From: Malacoraja senta
Taxonomy: Eukaryota
Direction of reading: 5' to 3'
Assembly: GCA_038087875.1 (NCBI GenBank)
Contig: JAXLNO010000146.1
Location: 62,001 to 126,000, forward strand
DNA length: 64,000 nt
Under the pieces are notes generated by a model. It was not told where the DNA came from. It ran no database searches and saw nothing but the letters and a program-made list of their open reading frames with translations. Positions 60,691-64,000 of this stretch are shown here, one piece after another. Every line of letters begins with the position of its first letter. The first letter of the stretch is position 1. The position numbers and the translations under genes were made by a program.

Positions 60691-62704
60691 TAAAAATTGG
60701 ATTTGCATGCACTGTGACCGCCATTTTGTACTTCGGGTGCTCTGTTTTGTTTCAGCATTCCAAGGACGTGCGAGTCCATCGGTTAATTGGCCTCTAGGAA
60801 TTGCCCATCGTGTGCAGGGAGCTCCTGTAAAATATAATACTCATTTGATTGGGTGATCGATGGTCAGCGTAGACTCGGTGGAATTGTTTTGTTGGTGTGT
60901 ATTTCAATCAATGTAATCAACATTCCTCTCCCTCAGAACTTTCCAACAACTGCCATGCCACTGACAGTAGAATTATCCCCGCTGTCACCCTTGCATAACG
61001 ATACTACATTCGTTATTCTCCGGATATCGTGAACATTGTCTGCTATCAGCGAACAAAAACGACACATCTACCATGTCCCCAACGTCTTCTCCCCCCCCTG
61101 CCTTCCACCGCTGCCCGAGATACGCCTCACAAGGCCACTGGCATCTATCCATGTTTAAACCTGCAATGATATCTCATACCTGCTGAATAAATGATCACGT
61201 TCTTGAGTTTCACTGCAACTCCCTGAGTTATACAAATGCAATACCCCTCCCCACGTGAGGTCAGATGGAATGTCCGTATTTAACAGCACATCCACAAAAT
61301 CTGGCCGCTAATGGTCCCTAATTGTCCCCTGGGTATCATCTTGCCCTAAATGTATTATCACGACTTGTTCTGTGTCTTAGTCATATCCGCATAGATACAT
61401 TTTGACCCATCTTTTCCCTGCTTACTTCATTTAGAAGTTATCTTATACACTTTGTAAAGTCTTGGGATTGACAAACACGTCCAGTGTAGATTGGTAAAAA
61501 AGATTGAGAACGGATGCAGCTGATTTGTTCCCCTCTGTGCTGCACGACGCCGTGACTAAGTGGGTATCTAACTGTACACTCCCCCTTTTTTTCAAACACT
61601 GTCTGACACTGTGGATCCTACATTTTCTGAGTCCATATGTCTCCAGCATCAATGTCAGTTATTTCAGGTGACGCAGGGTGATCTCGTCAGAAAATGTTAC
61701 AATATTGAACCACGTCACTAAGGAAACCTATGCAACTGGATCTGATATCGAGACAATCACCCAGTCACGAAGACAAAGAGAGATACTGCACGGGAACGTA
61801 ATTAACTCGGTAGCCTATTGTTATTGCTCGAAAGACGAGCATGGCAATCGTCGCCTCGGCCCACCGAGTCAATGCCGACCATCCGTCGCCCGTTCGCACT
61901 AATTCTATGGCATCCCACTTTCTCGTCCACTCCCTATATACTACGGACTATTTACTGAGGATAATTAACTTACAACCGGCAAATCTTTGGAATGTGGGAC
62001 GGAAACCGAAACACCCGGAGCAACCCCACGCGGTCGCAAGATTCCACAGGGACAGCACTTAAGGTCAGAATCGATCCCGGGTCTCTGGCGCCTTCAGATG
62101 TAGAAGCCGCTCTGACAAACAGCTTAAAGGTCGCCGTGACCTTATTAAGGGGGAATGTGGTTCTAATCGGTCACCCTATCCAGATTCTATTTCACTATAC
62201 AGATTGCTCATGTTCCCCTTTGGTAAAGAAGAGAATCAATTGCATGGTTAACCTTTCCTTACACATATCCCCTACCCCCTCCCCCAACCGCCCAGCAACG
62301 TTGTTGAAAATTACCTCTGCTTCTAGCAACTATCCGTTACATGGTGACCATTGTACACAGCACGTTACTGTGTCTAAAGAAGTGTCCTGAACCGAAATGT
62401 CACCTATTTAAGTTTTCAGGAGATGCGGTCTGACCCATTGAGTTACTCCAGCACATTATGTCTTTTGTGTAAACCAGTATATGAAGATCCTTGTGTATAA
62501 TACCAATGGTTCCAATTCTAGCCAGTTAACTGCCCTCATAATTGCTCTTTTGCAAACAAATATGGTATATGCAGTGATATAATTCTGCAATGACGGCCTT
62601 ATTTGCCAGTCGATAATGCACCCGCAGACTTCTTCCCATCCTGATCTCTGTGAAGATTTCGCACGTTCTCCCTGCCACCTTTGTAAGTTCTGTTTTAGTT
62701 TATT

Positions 62705-63005
62705 ATATTTTGGAGATACAACGCGGAAACATGCCGCTCGGCCCGTCCAAACCTCGCGGACCAGCGATCCACGCATACTAACTCTACCCTATACAAACGA
62801 TGGCCAATTTACAATTTTGAAAGCCAATTAGCGGAAAAACCGGTAGTTTTTTGGAGTGTGGGGGGAATCCGGAGCTCCCGGACACATCCCGCACAGGTCA
62901 CGGGGAGAACGTACAAGCTCCTACAAACAGCACCCGCAGTCAGTTTCAAACCCAGGTCTCTGGCGCTGTAAGGCAGCAATTGTACCGCTTCGCCACCGTT
63001 CCGCC
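62705..63005 (-). mobile_element. HE1-like V-SINE (another degenerate copy at ~61830-62120)
   Basis: tRNA-like head (gcggaacggtggcgaagcggt..) and V-core. Confidence 0.8.
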
Positions 63006-63210
63006 GCTCTTGGGAGCACAAATTTCATCCATTATGGCAGAGTAAAAGGACTCTGTTATATGACGTACGGAAAAGAATGGAACTAAAGTGATTAGTCAAA
63101 CAAGCGCTATGGTTCGAATGTTATCTCGGAAAGAAGGATGCAACAATAAACTTGATAGACAGCGACATTTTGAAATTAATGGTCAGTTTCACCGAAACAT
63201 CGAAAACACT

Positions 63211-64000
63211 TTATTGATTTCGACAGAAGACTAATGGGCTTTTAATCACATTTTTACATTCTTCCCTGAATTTGTTCTGTGACACCCCATAAATAAACGT
63301 GTTGGTGCAGGCACTCAGACACCTCAGCATATATCCGCACTGTTCTGCAATGGTAAATGGGTCGTTGTAATCTGTTGCTAAAAGCTGGACGTCCATGAAG
63401 TACACACTGATGAAACACACGAAGGTAACCATCCACAGTAGTACGAAGCTACCGGATATGGCCAGCAATAGAATTATGGACTTTCTTCTGTTCTCCACCT
63501 CCTGATCTGCGCCGCTCTAGTCCTTCGTGTTCCCTCGCAGACCACTCCTCACTGTGTTGGCGTGTATAATGTGTCTGATTGTAAGGGCGTTGAGGAGCAC
63601 GATCAGTAAAATTGGTGCCAATGGTGTTAGGATGGGTTCGACGGACCAATATGCGATCCATAACGGTGATGTGTAGAAATCTGAGGTTACACCACAGGAC
63701 CAAGCTACGTTGTCGACTATTTCCCGAGGTACGTACACAAAATATATTGGGACATTTTGTATAATACTTAAGATACACGTCACTGCTATCACCAAAGACG
63801 CAGTTTTCTCAGTGCACCATTTTGCTCGTAACCTCGGATTACAGATGGTGAAAAATCGATCGATAGTGAAAGTCACCGTTAGCCAGACCGAGCAATCAAC
63901 GAAAATCAACATAATGGTAATGTACACGCTACAAATAGAGGTTAGGTTGAGGAATGAATACGGAAAATAGCCAACAATAAGCTCGTAGAAAATTACCTCG
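63211..64000 (-). pseudogene. GPR139/GPR142-like class A GPCR, intronless in the visible part, one in-frame TAG at 63517-63519, 5' end outside window
   Basis: CSVWLTVTFTIDRF (TM3 DRY variant), CTEKTA, LNALTIRHII, ENRRKSIILL and CTNTFIY (NPxxY variant). ORFs 63517-63927 and 63211-63498 are in the same frame, and the frame stays open to 64000. Confidence 0.88.

Overview
Vertebrate DNA, most likely a cartilaginous fish such as a skate or ray (inferred from HE1/V-SINE and HER1/CR1 repeats and intronless GPR139-like receptor copies). The window has two very different parts. Bases 1 to ~38.8 kb are an almost continuous, deeply nested stack of retroelements from nine lineages: L1 x2, DIRS, Nimb/I, Vingi x2, L2, Rex1 x2, Penelope-like x3, CR1 x3 and an R2-like endonuclease fragment. 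Every coding insertion there lies on the minus strand, which resembles a uni-strand piRNA cluster or transposon trap. It includes a four-level nest (L2 > L1 > DIRS > Nimb + Vingi) in which the DIRS, Nimb and Vingi junctions resolve to the base. From ~39 to 64 kb the DNA is ordinary intergenic sequence with short, mixed-orientation CR1, SINE and Penelope-derived repeats, many carrying minimal hammerhead-ribozyme motifs. This part also holds two solo LTRs, a Harbinger-type MITE, a 24-25 bp minisatellite and two GPR139-like GPCR pseudogene copies at the right end. No intact host protein-coding gene was found. Family names come from recognised protein motifs and terminal structures, not from database searches. 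Boundaries without TSDs are approximate.
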